A program made the translations under genes and the position numbers. A stretch of DNA of 64,000 nt from Waddliaceae bacterium (lineage in GTDB: Bacteria; Chlamydiota; Chlamydiia; Chlamydiales; JABHNK01), in contig JABHNK010000053.1 of NCBI GenBank assembly GCA_018694295.1, positions 833 to 64,832 of the forward strand, given 5' to 3'. Below, one piece after another: positions 26,506 to 34,478 of this stretch. The notes under the pieces were generated by a model that ran no database searches, had not been told where the DNA came from, and saw nothing but the letters and a program-made list of their open reading frames with translations. Numbering within the stretch: the first letter of the stretch is position 1; each line of letters opens with the position of its first letter.

Positions 26506-28901
26506 TTTTCTACGCTCTCTTCTACGCCGCTATCAGCGAGGACATTAGCGAGGACTTTCCGTGGTCTGCTTCCGTCGGCGGGGCCTACGATGTTATTTTC
26601 TTCCATCACGTCCATTAGGCTTGCTGCTCGTGCGTATCCGATCTTTAGTTTGCGTTGCAGGAATGTCGTTGATGCCGTTCCTGCGGCTTTAACAGTCTCT
26701 ACGGCGTCGTAATATAGGCTATCGAGTTCGGCGTCGTTGCTGCTGAGTAGGGCTTCGGTGAAGTGGCTAGCTTTTTCTTTGAAAGATTTTATCAGGTAGT
26801 TAGTAGGTGCTTGTTTTGTTACGAATTCTATTACTTTTGCGATATCTTCGTCGTGGACGAGCGGACCTTGTGCGCGCGTTAATGCTGAGGTGTCTGGTGG
26901 AAGGAAAAGCATATCGCCATTACCGAGGAGTGCTTCTGCGCCGGTCTCGTCGAGAATTATCTGGCTGTTTATCCTGCTAGCGACTTTGAACGCTATCTTT
27001 GCGGGGAAGTTCGCCTTTATCAGCCCTGTTATTATCTCTCGCGAAGGACGCTGTGTTGCTATTATCACGTGTATCCCTACGGCGCGGGCCATCTGTGCAA
27101 GGCGTGCTATTGGCATCTCGATATCGTTGCTAGAGATCATCATAAGGTCGGCGAGCTCGTCGATGATACAGACGATGTAGTGCATCTTCTTCGGTATCGT
27201 TATTTCCAGGGAATCTTCGAATTCAGCATTGGCGGGTCTGTGGTTGAAGGAGGCGAGGTTTCTTACGCCTACCTGTCTGAACACTTCGTAGCGCCATTCC
27301 ATCTCTTTAACCATCCATTTCAGCGCGGTACATGCTTCGTGTGGTTCTGTTATTACTGGTGCCACCATATGTGGGATATTGCTGTATGGTGTGAGTTCTA
27401 TCTTCTTGGGGTCGATCATCACGAGTTTTATCTCGTCGGGTTTGAAGTTCATCAGTATCGTCATTATTATGCCGTTCATACATACCGATTTCCCTGAACC
27501 TGTAGCGCCAGCGATGATGAGGTGTGGCATCTTCGTAAGGTCGCTGTTTATCGAGGCTCCGCTGACGGACTTCCCAAGGAGTAGAGGGATCTTAGCCTTT
27601 TTTGATTGCTGACGGTATGCTGCGAGCATGTCTTTGAAAGACACTTCTTGCGGAGAGGCATTGGGGATCTCTATGCCGACGGCGGCCTTCCCAGGGATTG
27701 GTGCGATTATGCGTATCGACCGCGCACGAAGGTTTAGGGCGATGTCGTTGGCAAGGGCTTTGATCTTCTGGACTTTTACGCCGACGGCAGGGTGTACTTC
27801 GAAAGATGTTATCGTAGGGCCACAGTTTATCTGTCCGACTTTCGCTTCGATGCCGAAGCTTAGCATCGTCTCTTCGAGGACTTCTGCCTGCTGTCTTAGG
27901 CCTTTCTTCAAGACTGACTGGTCGCCTTTCTTGGCGTCGGAGATTAATGATATAGGGGGCAGCTTGTAGTTGCTGTAGTCGTATTCTTTTGATTCTTCGT
28001 CTTCGACGACGTCGACATTTTCTACCTTCTGTGTTGGTAGTGTAGCGGTGATTGCACTCTTTGGAGGCTCGGGGATAGGCTCTTCTTCGAGAGGGAGGTC
28101 GTCATACTCTTCTTCTTCGAAGGTGTCGATGGCGATGTCGTTGGAGGTGTTTAGGGGGATCTTTTTCTTGAAACGAAACTTAGGGATTGTGATCTTTATA
28201 GAGCGTAGTGATTCCCAGGCTTTCTTACAGAGCGCCCACGTTGCTATTCCTAGCTTTTTGCAAGACCATAATATTCCGTTCCACATCACGATGAATGGCG
28301 CCATTAGGCTGGTATGTGTCATAAGGAGCAGTGATGTTAATGTCGTCGTAGAGAATATCAACGCCGTACCGACGTTGCTTAAGATACGCTGTAGGTTGAT
28401 GACAGGAAGGTCGCGGAAGATGTAGTAGAAAGGTACGCCACCGAGGTTGTAGCGTGTCGCCGTGTATGAAAAAGCCTGTGGACGTGGGATTTTCTGCGAA
28501 TACACCATACCGTCGAACCATAGTGTTGCCTGTGGGTATGCTTCGGCGACGAGGTTTAGAAGTATGCATGCCGATGACAGCAAGATACCAAAATAACATG
28601 TCTTTATGCCGAGCCTAGCGATAGGTCTATTGATAAGAAGGTGTATGCCTACCCATGCCAGAAAGATGTTGATGATATAGCTTCCCAAGCCGAAAAGATA
28701 CTGCGACACCCAAGCAACGGTATAGCCCATAAGGCCTAGCCAGTTGGAAGAGTCGTTGCCATCGGTGAAACTCAAAAGACTCAATAGCAGTATGGCGTCG
28801 AGAGTTAAGACGATAAGGCCTTTTACCTCATGGTGAGGGTGTAGAACCTTCTCGTTGTTATATTTCTTGCTTTTCTTTTTATTCTTATTTTTTTTGTTCA
28901 T
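26499..28901 (-). CDS. ftsK: DNA translocase FtsK
   Basis: N-terminal TM domain, Walker A IAGATGSGKSV, C-terminal gamma wHTH (LQRKLKIGYARAASLMD). Confidence 0.95.
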   Translation of the reverse strand: MNKKNKNKKKSKKYNNEKVLHPHHEVKGLIVLTLDAILLLSLLSFTDGNDSSNWLGLMGYTVAWVSQYLFGLGSYIINIFLAWVGIHLLINRPIARLGIKTCYFGILLSSACILLNLVAEAYPQATLWFDGMVYSQKIPRPQAFSYTATRYNLGGVPFYYIFRDLPVINLQRILSNVGTALIFSTTTLTSLLLMTHTSLMAPFIVMWNGILWSCKKLGIATWALCKKAWESLRSIKITIPKFRFKKKIPLNTSNDIAIDTFEEEEYDDLPLEEEPIPEPPKSAITATLPTQKVENVDVVEDEESKEYDYSNYKLPPISLISDAKKGDQSVLKKGLRQQAEVLEETMLSFGIEAKVGQINCGPTITSFEVHPAVGVKVQKIKALANDIALNLRARSIRIIAPIPGKAAVGIEIPNASPQEVSFKDMLAAYRQQSKKAKIPLLLGKSVSGASINSDLTKMPHLIIAGATGSGKSVCMNGIIMTILMNFKPDEIKLVMIDPKKIELTPYSNIPHMVAPVITEPHEACTALKWMVKEMEWRYEVFRQVGVRNLASFNHRPANAEFEDSLEITIPKKMHYIVCIIDELADLMMISSNDIEMPIARLAQMARAVGIHVIIATQRPSREIITGLIKANFPAKIAFKVASRINSQIILDETGAEALLGNGDMLFLPPDTSALTRAQGPLVHDEDIAKVIEFVTKQAPTNYLIKSFKEKASHFTEALLSSNDAELDSLYYDAVETVKAAGTASTTFLQRKLKIGYARAASLMDVMEENNIVGPADGSRPRKVLANVLADSGVEESVEKE

Positions 28902-28935
28902 GGTGATATAGGATTAAAATTTTAACCATATTATG

Positions 28936-29040
28936 GGCATGGTTCATTTTCGTTCTAGGGTCAGGCCTGCGTCTTTGCATTTTCCTTCGGAGAAACGCAA
29001 AGATGACAGGCCAGACCCGTCGAATCTTTTGAACCATGCC
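28936..29040. repeat. C-family palindromic element, copy C1
   Basis: 105-bp imperfect hairpin with 11-bp terminal inverted repeats GGCATGGTTCA/TGAACCATGCC. Inverted copy at 62902..63003. Confidence 0.85.
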
Positions 29041-29121
29041 AATAATATGTCACTATACATTCGCAATAAAAACAATGCCAGAAAAAAGGAGAGATAATGC
29101 CCGATGACGGGACAAAAGAAG

Positions 29122-29196
<75 letters not shown>

Positions 29197-29305
29197 ACAT
29201 TACTATCGTAAAACGAAACACTACTGTACTCCAAAACACCACTTTCCGTCAATATATTCGTTATTAAGTATGACATTGATAGAGACCTATTGTTTCTGAA
29301 TATAT

Positions 29306-29450
29306 ATCATCGCCATCGTTTCGATGGTGATGACGGCGAAGGCAAAGCAAAAAATACAGGCGTCTCGCCTGTGGGTTTTGCTTTGCCGCGGGTTTACAAA
29401 GGGCGCGCGCCCTTTGTCGCGGGTGGCGGGGCGCGGAGCTCCGCCACTAA
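29306..29450 (+). repeat. B-family structured repeat, copy B2
   Basis: Four hairpins (CATCGCCATCG/CGATGGTGATG; GGCAAAGCAAAA..TTTTGCTTTGCC; ACAAAGGGCGC/GCGCCCTTTGT; GTGGCGG..CCGCCAC). The terminal CCACTAA supplies the comEC stop. Confidence 0.85.
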
Positions 29451-31018
29451 ATAAATTGCCATTGTTGTTTTGTTGTTTCGGTGGTGTCGTAGGAGATTAT
29501 GGCGATGATAGCGATGAGGCATAGGTATACGGTGAAGAGCGTTGGTGAGATCGCCTGTGTCCTTATTGCGAAGTTCATCGTCGCTGGCACTGCCACGGCG
29601 AAGTCTATGATTGCGGCGGTGTAGACGTCTATTGCCGAGAAGAACATCGCGGCGACGGCGGGGATGACGAGGTCGATGAGCATGGTGACAAGTAGTGCTG
29701 CTATTGCGATGCTTACCAGGAACGGAAAGAATATATTGAAAAGGATTCCTAGCAGCGGGAATTTATGGAAATATAGTAGCATCATCGGCGCCGAGACAAT
29801 ATGTACGGCGATTGTTACGGCGCACGCCTTTTTTAGGAACGCGACGACGAGATACCCCCACTGCTCATACCATGGAAGCTTCTTCATGGCACCTAGCGGC
29901 CTTGTTGCTGAGATATTTCCGAGGAGAGCTTCGATAGGAGGGTATAGCGATACTATCGCTATCGTTGCCAGGAAGCTGAACTGGAATCCCAGGTTCATAC
30001 ATAGCAGGGGACTTACCGACAGTATCGCTAGCATCGCGATGCCTATGGTATTTAGGGCATATGTCGGCCTGCCGACGAGGACGCCGATTATTGTTATCAC
30101 TGCAGAAAGCCATGCTCGTTGTATCGAAGGCGAGCATCCTATGAAGACGAAGTAGCTGCTGAGAAGCGCTATTAGTATATACGACGACACGCGCAAAGAG
30201 AAAAAAGCTTTAAGCATGAGGGCGAGAAGCGCCGCTATTATCGCGAAGTGGAAGCCTGATATCGCCATGATATGCTGGAGGCCTAGACGCCCCAGCTGAA
30301 ACAGCGTGCTTCTGTCGTGGTATTCTCCAGTGGCAAGGCCCGCAAGGAAAGAAGCGCTACGATGGCGCGAAAGCTTTCTTGTGAGGTATGACGTTACAGC
30401 ACCTTTTGCGCGAAGACGGTATTCCGCCATACTCCAGCTGTGTGGGACGGGATACCATTTTCCTTGAAGGTCGGGCTTTAGTCGATATACCATGCCTTCG
30501 GTTGCGGAGATCGTGGCGTCGAGGATATATCTCCTGTCGGCAGAAAGGCGCTGCTTTCCTTTGCTGATATACATGATATAAGGGACATTCCTGGCGATGA
30601 TGTTGTCATCAGCGACGAAAGAACGCACAGCGCCACGATATACCCACGCCTCGCCGAAGTGGCTCTTCGACAGCGTGATAGAAGATATGTCGATATGTGC
30701 CTTGCCGGTGACACCGTCGTCGTCGACGACAGGGAAATCATATACGATAAAGGCTACGAAGAATGAAACGATGCCAAGAATGGCAGCAAACATAATACGT
30801 GTGCGGTTCTCCTTTCCTACATCGAAAATTTTCTTGGAGAAATATGGGGCGATGATAAGGATGATAGGGACGACGAGCGCCCACTGCCATGAAAAGGCGC
30901 TGCGGAACCCGAGAAACACTCCTATGCCATACAACAACGCCGGATGCTTTGCTAGGAACGAAGAATATCTCCTGCAACATTCCGACAGAGAAGGGAAAAA
31001 CCGTGACGATGAAAACAT
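29447..31018 (-). CDS. comEC: ComEC/Rec2 family DNA internalisation channel protein
   Basis: 523-aa polytopic membrane protein with competence-domain-like topology and sequence character. Confidence 0.8.
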   Translation of the reverse strand: MFSSSRFFPSLSECCRRYSSFLAKHPALLYGIGVFLGFRSAFSWQWALVVPIILIIAPYFSKKIFDVGKENRTRIMFAAILGIVSFFVAFIVYDFPVVDDDGVTGKAHIDISSITLSKSHFGEAWVYRGAVRSFVADDNIIARNVPYIMYISKGKQRLSADRRYILDATISATEGMVYRLKPDLQGKWYPVPHSWSMAEYRLRAKGAVTSYLTRKLSRHRSASFLAGLATGEYHDRSTLFQLGRLGLQHIMAISGFHFAIIAALLALMLKAFFSLRVSSYILIALLSSYFVFIGCSPSIQRAWLSAVITIIGVLVGRPTYALNTIGIAMLAILSVSPLLCMNLGFQFSFLATIAIVSLYPPIEALLGNISATRPLGAMKKLPWYEQWGYLVVAFLKKACAVTIAVHIVSAPMMLLYFHKFPLLGILFNIFFPFLVSIAIAALLVTMLIDLVIPAVAAMFFSAIDVYTAAIIDFAVAVPATMNFAIRTQAISPTLFTVYLCLIAIIAIISYDTTETTKQQWQFI

Positions 31019-31069
31019 AAAAACGACGATATTAGAAGAGCGTCTTTGTTGGCAATGTGAAAAATATTA

Positions 31070-32206
31070 TTAGGAAGGAACTGGTGGAGCAGAATCTGGC
31101 CGGGGTTGTTGTTGTGTGACATCAAGCGACGCGCTACGTTTTCTTTTATGTCGTTTTCCGGCTCGTCTTGTTGGCGATTGTTCTGGTGTTAGACTTGTTT
31201 TTTCCAGCTCAAAAAATTTTAGATTAGAAAGATCCTCAACTTCTTCGACACTGACTTCATAATCTGTATATTTAGCTCCACTTCTTAATTCTTCGTTGGG
31301 AATAAGGAATGCTTTAGTTTCTTTAACTCTGCTACCTTCTGTAACGCTATAAACTTTAAAAAAATGTGTGGGGATGGCGGGCCCATCGTCCCCCAAGGTT
31401 TTATGAAGATGTAAGGTGTCTCCGTGAATTTCCGTTTTTTTATGAAAGAGCGTTCCTGTGTAGATATGGATCACATTATTTAGTGTGAGCTCTTTGGATA
31501 TTGAATTTTCGAGATCGTGCCAAACCCCAGTATTGAGAGATAGAACTTGAGGAGCGATATTCAACGTTGAAAATGTTTCAATGTATCTTTCTTCTGTACA
31601 TTTATTATGGCTGGCTTTCGCGAGGTGTCCAAGACTAAGAAGAGGGCTTTCTCTAATTTTTTCAACGATGCTGCTACGAGAATCGGTTAACTCTTTGGCG
31701 TCATAAAATATGGTCGGGGCTTCTTTACGGTTTTTTACCTCTCCATGGGTTGATGACCAAGTTAATCTTTCGCCTACACAGACAGGGACTCTGTAGCGGT
31801 TGTCGTAAACCACACGATACCCCGTTTTTTGGAAAACATGTAGAAAGCTTGGTAGAGAATATCTAATCTCAGGGAATCTTTCATTTAAGACGTGCGGAAA
31901 AGAGCTGCTTTGGGAAGATTGTACTGGCGTTAGAGATGATAAGCCATGGGAAACATCCTCTTTTTTTTCTGGAGAGGGAAATTTTGTAGCGGTAGTGCTT
32001 ATAACTATAGCACGTGATGTCATAATCCTACGTAAAGTAAAAGCGGTGTATTCATGTAAATTAGCTTCCGCTATATATGAAAGAGTTGTATCAAGAGTGG
32101 CTACTGTTTCTTGATCTTCTCGAGAAAGTGCAATGATTTTAGAATTGGTTTCTAGTAAAAGAAAATCTGGGCTAGAAATTGTTCCGTCGATTGTTGAGAA
32201 TGACAT
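31070..32206 (-). CDS. DNA/RNA non-specific endonuclease (EndA/NucA/EndoG family) with basic C-terminal tail
   Basis: SLGHLAKASH..LNIAPQVLSLNTGVWHDLEN aligns with Serratia nuclease DRGHQAPLA..SNITPQKSDLNQGAWARLED. Ends 52 nt upstream of comEC on the same strand. Confidence 0.8.
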   Translation of the reverse strand: MSFSTIDGTISSPDFLLLETNSKIIALSREDQETVATLDTTLSYIAEANLHEYTAFTLRRIMTSRAIVISTTATKFPSPEKKEDVSHGLSSLTPVQSSQSSSFPHVLNERFPEIRYSLPSFLHVFQKTGYRVVYDNRYRVPVCVGERLTWSSTHGEVKNRKEAPTIFYDAKELTDSRSSIVEKIRESPLLSLGHLAKASHNKCTEERYIETFSTLNIAPQVLSLNTGVWHDLENSISKELTLNNVIHIYTGTLFHKKTEIHGDTLHLHKTLGDDGPAIPTHFFKVYSVTEGSRVKETKAFLIPNEELRSGAKYTDYEVSVEEVEDLSNLKFFELEKTSLTPEQSPTRRAGKRHKRKRSASLDVTQQQPRPDSAPPVPS

Positions 32207-32355
32207 CGTTATTGAAATTGTTATATTCTTCTATACTGTAGTATAAAAACCCATATATTTTCAAAGTCTTTTATCAGACCTTCGACGCAAGAGGTAGACA
32301 GCGATGGTGATGATATGATATAAAATATTATACTATATACACGATATAAAAGCTT

Positions 32356-32595
32356 ATGATAGAGATAACCTCGGCTACAGCATTTACGTTCTACTTGGCG
32401 CTTACTCTTGGCGTGGTTTTTGGGTTGGTGTTATATCATCATTTTAAGAAGAAAGACAACACAACGTTGCCTTTTGAGAAGAACCTTATAGTCTGTGAAT
32501 ATTGTCGTTATACTTATCTTGAAGAGATTACTGTAGAACTGACGAAATGCCCGCAGTGTCATTCATTAAATAAAGCCAACACTCCTTCGGAATAG
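32356..32595 (+). CDS. small membrane-anchored zinc-ribbon protein (hypothetical)
   Basis: One N-terminal TM helix and CxxC..CxxC (CEYC..CPQC). Confidence 0.45.
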   Translation: MIEITSATAFTFYLALTLGVVFGLVLYHHFKKKDNTTLPFEKNLIVCEYCRYTYLEEITVELTKCPQCHSLNKANTPSE

Positions 32596-33368
32596 AGCTC
32601 TGAGATGATATCATCGGCGTCGTCTTCGATTTCGAAGGTGATATTGACAATGCCTTCAGTGACGACGTCTTCGACGTCGAAGACCATCGTTTCGATGATA
32701 TTACGCGCTATGGCGTTGATGCTGTGCGACGGTGCCTTTTCTATGGCGTCGCTCCAGAAGACCTTTCCTTTCTTATTTTCTACGGCGACGGCATACGATA
32801 CCGTATAGTATGAGGTGTCGCCATGGCGTAAAGAGCGCGACCTTATCGTTGCAAGGCCATCGTCGATGACGGCACACGATGCCAAGGTCCCGGAGACGGC
32901 CACGGTGACGGGAGAATATTCTGTGGCATAGGCGAAATCTTCATGAGAAGGCATCTCGGCGATATGTTCCGTCTGCCAGAATATCCCTTCGACGAGGGTG
33001 TCTTCTTTGTTATGTTTCGTCGCCATAGTGATGGTCGATACCGGTATCGGCGGAGCTTCAGGGACAGAAGCTTCGGGTTCGGAGATATGCCGTGGAAGGA
33101 GGCCTCCAGCGTCGATGCTTACTGACGACGTGCTTCCCGTGACGGCGATGGCGTCGCTCATATCGGCACCGACGGTGATAGGACGGTGTATGACCTCGAC
33201 GTCGGCAGAAGCCATACTTACCTTGAAGATGACGAGAGCAAGGACGTGGAAGAGAATAGCCGCGGCGAAGGCGCGCATTGTGTCGGTGGTAAAGAAACGG
33301 TTTCTTTTTCCCATCGTTATAGCGATGCCTTTGCCGTCATGCTTTTTCTCTATGGTCAGCATATTCAA
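32559..33368 (-). CDS. TonB/TolA-like N-terminally anchored protein (hypothetical)
   Basis: Single TM (AAAILFHVLALVIFKV) and a short Pro-rich linker. Start overlaps the exbD stop. The call rests mostly on position. Confidence 0.45.
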   Translation of the reverse strand: MNMLTIEKKHDGKGIAITMGKRNRFFTTDTMRAFAAAILFHVLALVIFKVSMASADVEVIHRPITVGADMSDAIAVTGSTSSVSIDAGGLLPRHISEPEASVPEAPPIPVSTITMATKHNKEDTLVEGIFWQTEHIAEMPSHEDFAYATEYSPVTVAVSGTLASCAVIDDGLATIRSRSLRHGDTSYYTVSYAVAVENKKGKVFWSDAIEKAPSHSINAIARNIIETMVFDVEDVVTEGIVNITFEIEDDADDIISELYSEGVLALFNE

Positions 33369-33829
33369 AAACCCTGCGCGGTAGTTTCGAGGGCTTTGTC
33401 TGAAGACCTATATACAAGGCGTACCTTGGTGCCACACTCTTGCGCGGCGGAGAACATCCTAAGGAAAGGGCCATATTCTACGCTTTTGTCGACGCTAAGA
33501 ACGATGGTAGGCTCGACGCCAGGGTTCTGCTTCTTGGTGACGGCGACCTCATTTATAAGCGAGGCTTTGAGTCCTACTAGGCTGGTGATGTCTTTGCGGG
33601 GGCCGAGGTATATGACGTTCTGGGCGTCCATGACAACGATTATCTGGCTGGTCATCGGTGTCGAAGTCCTATCGAGTTCAGGGTTTTCGACGTTTAGGGA
33701 TTTCAACGGCAAGATGTCGGAGGTTACAATGAAAAATACTAGCATCAAGAATATGACGTCGACGAGCGGCGTCAGATCGATAAAGCTTCTGGATTTCTTT
33801 AGCGTCGTCTTAAATTTCATAGTCTTCAC
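33365..33829 (-). CDS. biopolymer transport protein ExbD/TolR
   Basis: IDLTPLVDVIFLMLVFFIV signature. Confidence 0.88.
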   Translation of the reverse strand: MKTMKFKTTLKKSRSFIDLTPLVDVIFLMLVFFIVTSDILPLKSLNVENPELDRTSTPMTSQIIVVMDAQNVIYLGPRKDITSLVGLKASLINEVAVTKKQNPGVEPTIVLSVDKSVEYGPFLRMFSAAQECGTKVRLVYRSSDKALETTAQGF

Positions 33830-34478
33830 GCTGGTTGACGAGAACGTCGACGATAGTTGATGACGTCGTCTGCACTTCCAAGACGAACCGGTCTACGCGG
33901 CTTACAAGGTAGTTGTAGGCGACGAAGGTTGGTATTGCGACGACGAGGCCTGCGGCGGTGGTGACGAGGGCGTATTCCATCGCTTCGCCGATATTCGTCG
34001 TCGAGATATCCATAAGCCCGGAAAGGCGCATCTCTCCGAATGCCCTTATAAACCCAAGCACCGTCCCAAGAAGTCCTATCAGCGGTGCGATGTGTGCTAT
34101 TATCGAGAGGATCCTGGTGTTTTTTTCTAGGAGGGCGATCTCGAGCATGCCAGTGACTTCCATAGCATCTTCGATCTCGTCTTGTTTTCTGTTGTGCCTC
34201 ATAAGCCCTGACCGCACGATGTTTGACAAAGGGCCTCCAGTGTTTTCACACGACGCTATTGCTTCGACATAGTTGCCGTAACGGAGGCTCTTCCTGAGGT
34301 CTATCACGAAGGCATTGGTGTCGATCTCAGACCTCTTAAGGAGAAGCATCCTCTCGATGAATATGGCGAAACTCACCACAGAACATCCGAAGATAAGGAC
34401 GAGTATGAGGTTCCAGTTTGCTATTGTGCTGATATGTTTCCATATCTCTGTAAATGCTATAGTATCAAAAGAAAACAT
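33810..34478 (-). CDS. MotA/TolQ/ExbB proton channel protein
   Basis: Three TM helices. Conserved PLIGLLGTVLG and ALVTTAAGL blocks. Confidence 0.9.
   Translation of the reverse strand: MFSFDTIAFTEIWKHISTIANWNLILVLIFGCSVVSFAIFIERMLLLKRSEIDTNAFVIDLRKSLRYGNYVEAIASCENTGGPLSNIVRSGLMRHNRKQDEIEDAMEVTGMLEIALLEKNTRILSIIAHIAPLIGLLGTVLGFIRAFGEMRLSGLMDISTTNIGEAMEYALVTTAAGLVVAIPTFVAYNYLVSRVDRFVLEVQTTSSTIVDVLVNQREDYEI

Noticed and set aside
32290-32310. GCGATGGTGATGA near 32295 as another B-family copy
   Set aside because: Only about 13 nt match hairpin 1, and none of the other hairpins follow. This is too short to distinguish from chance.
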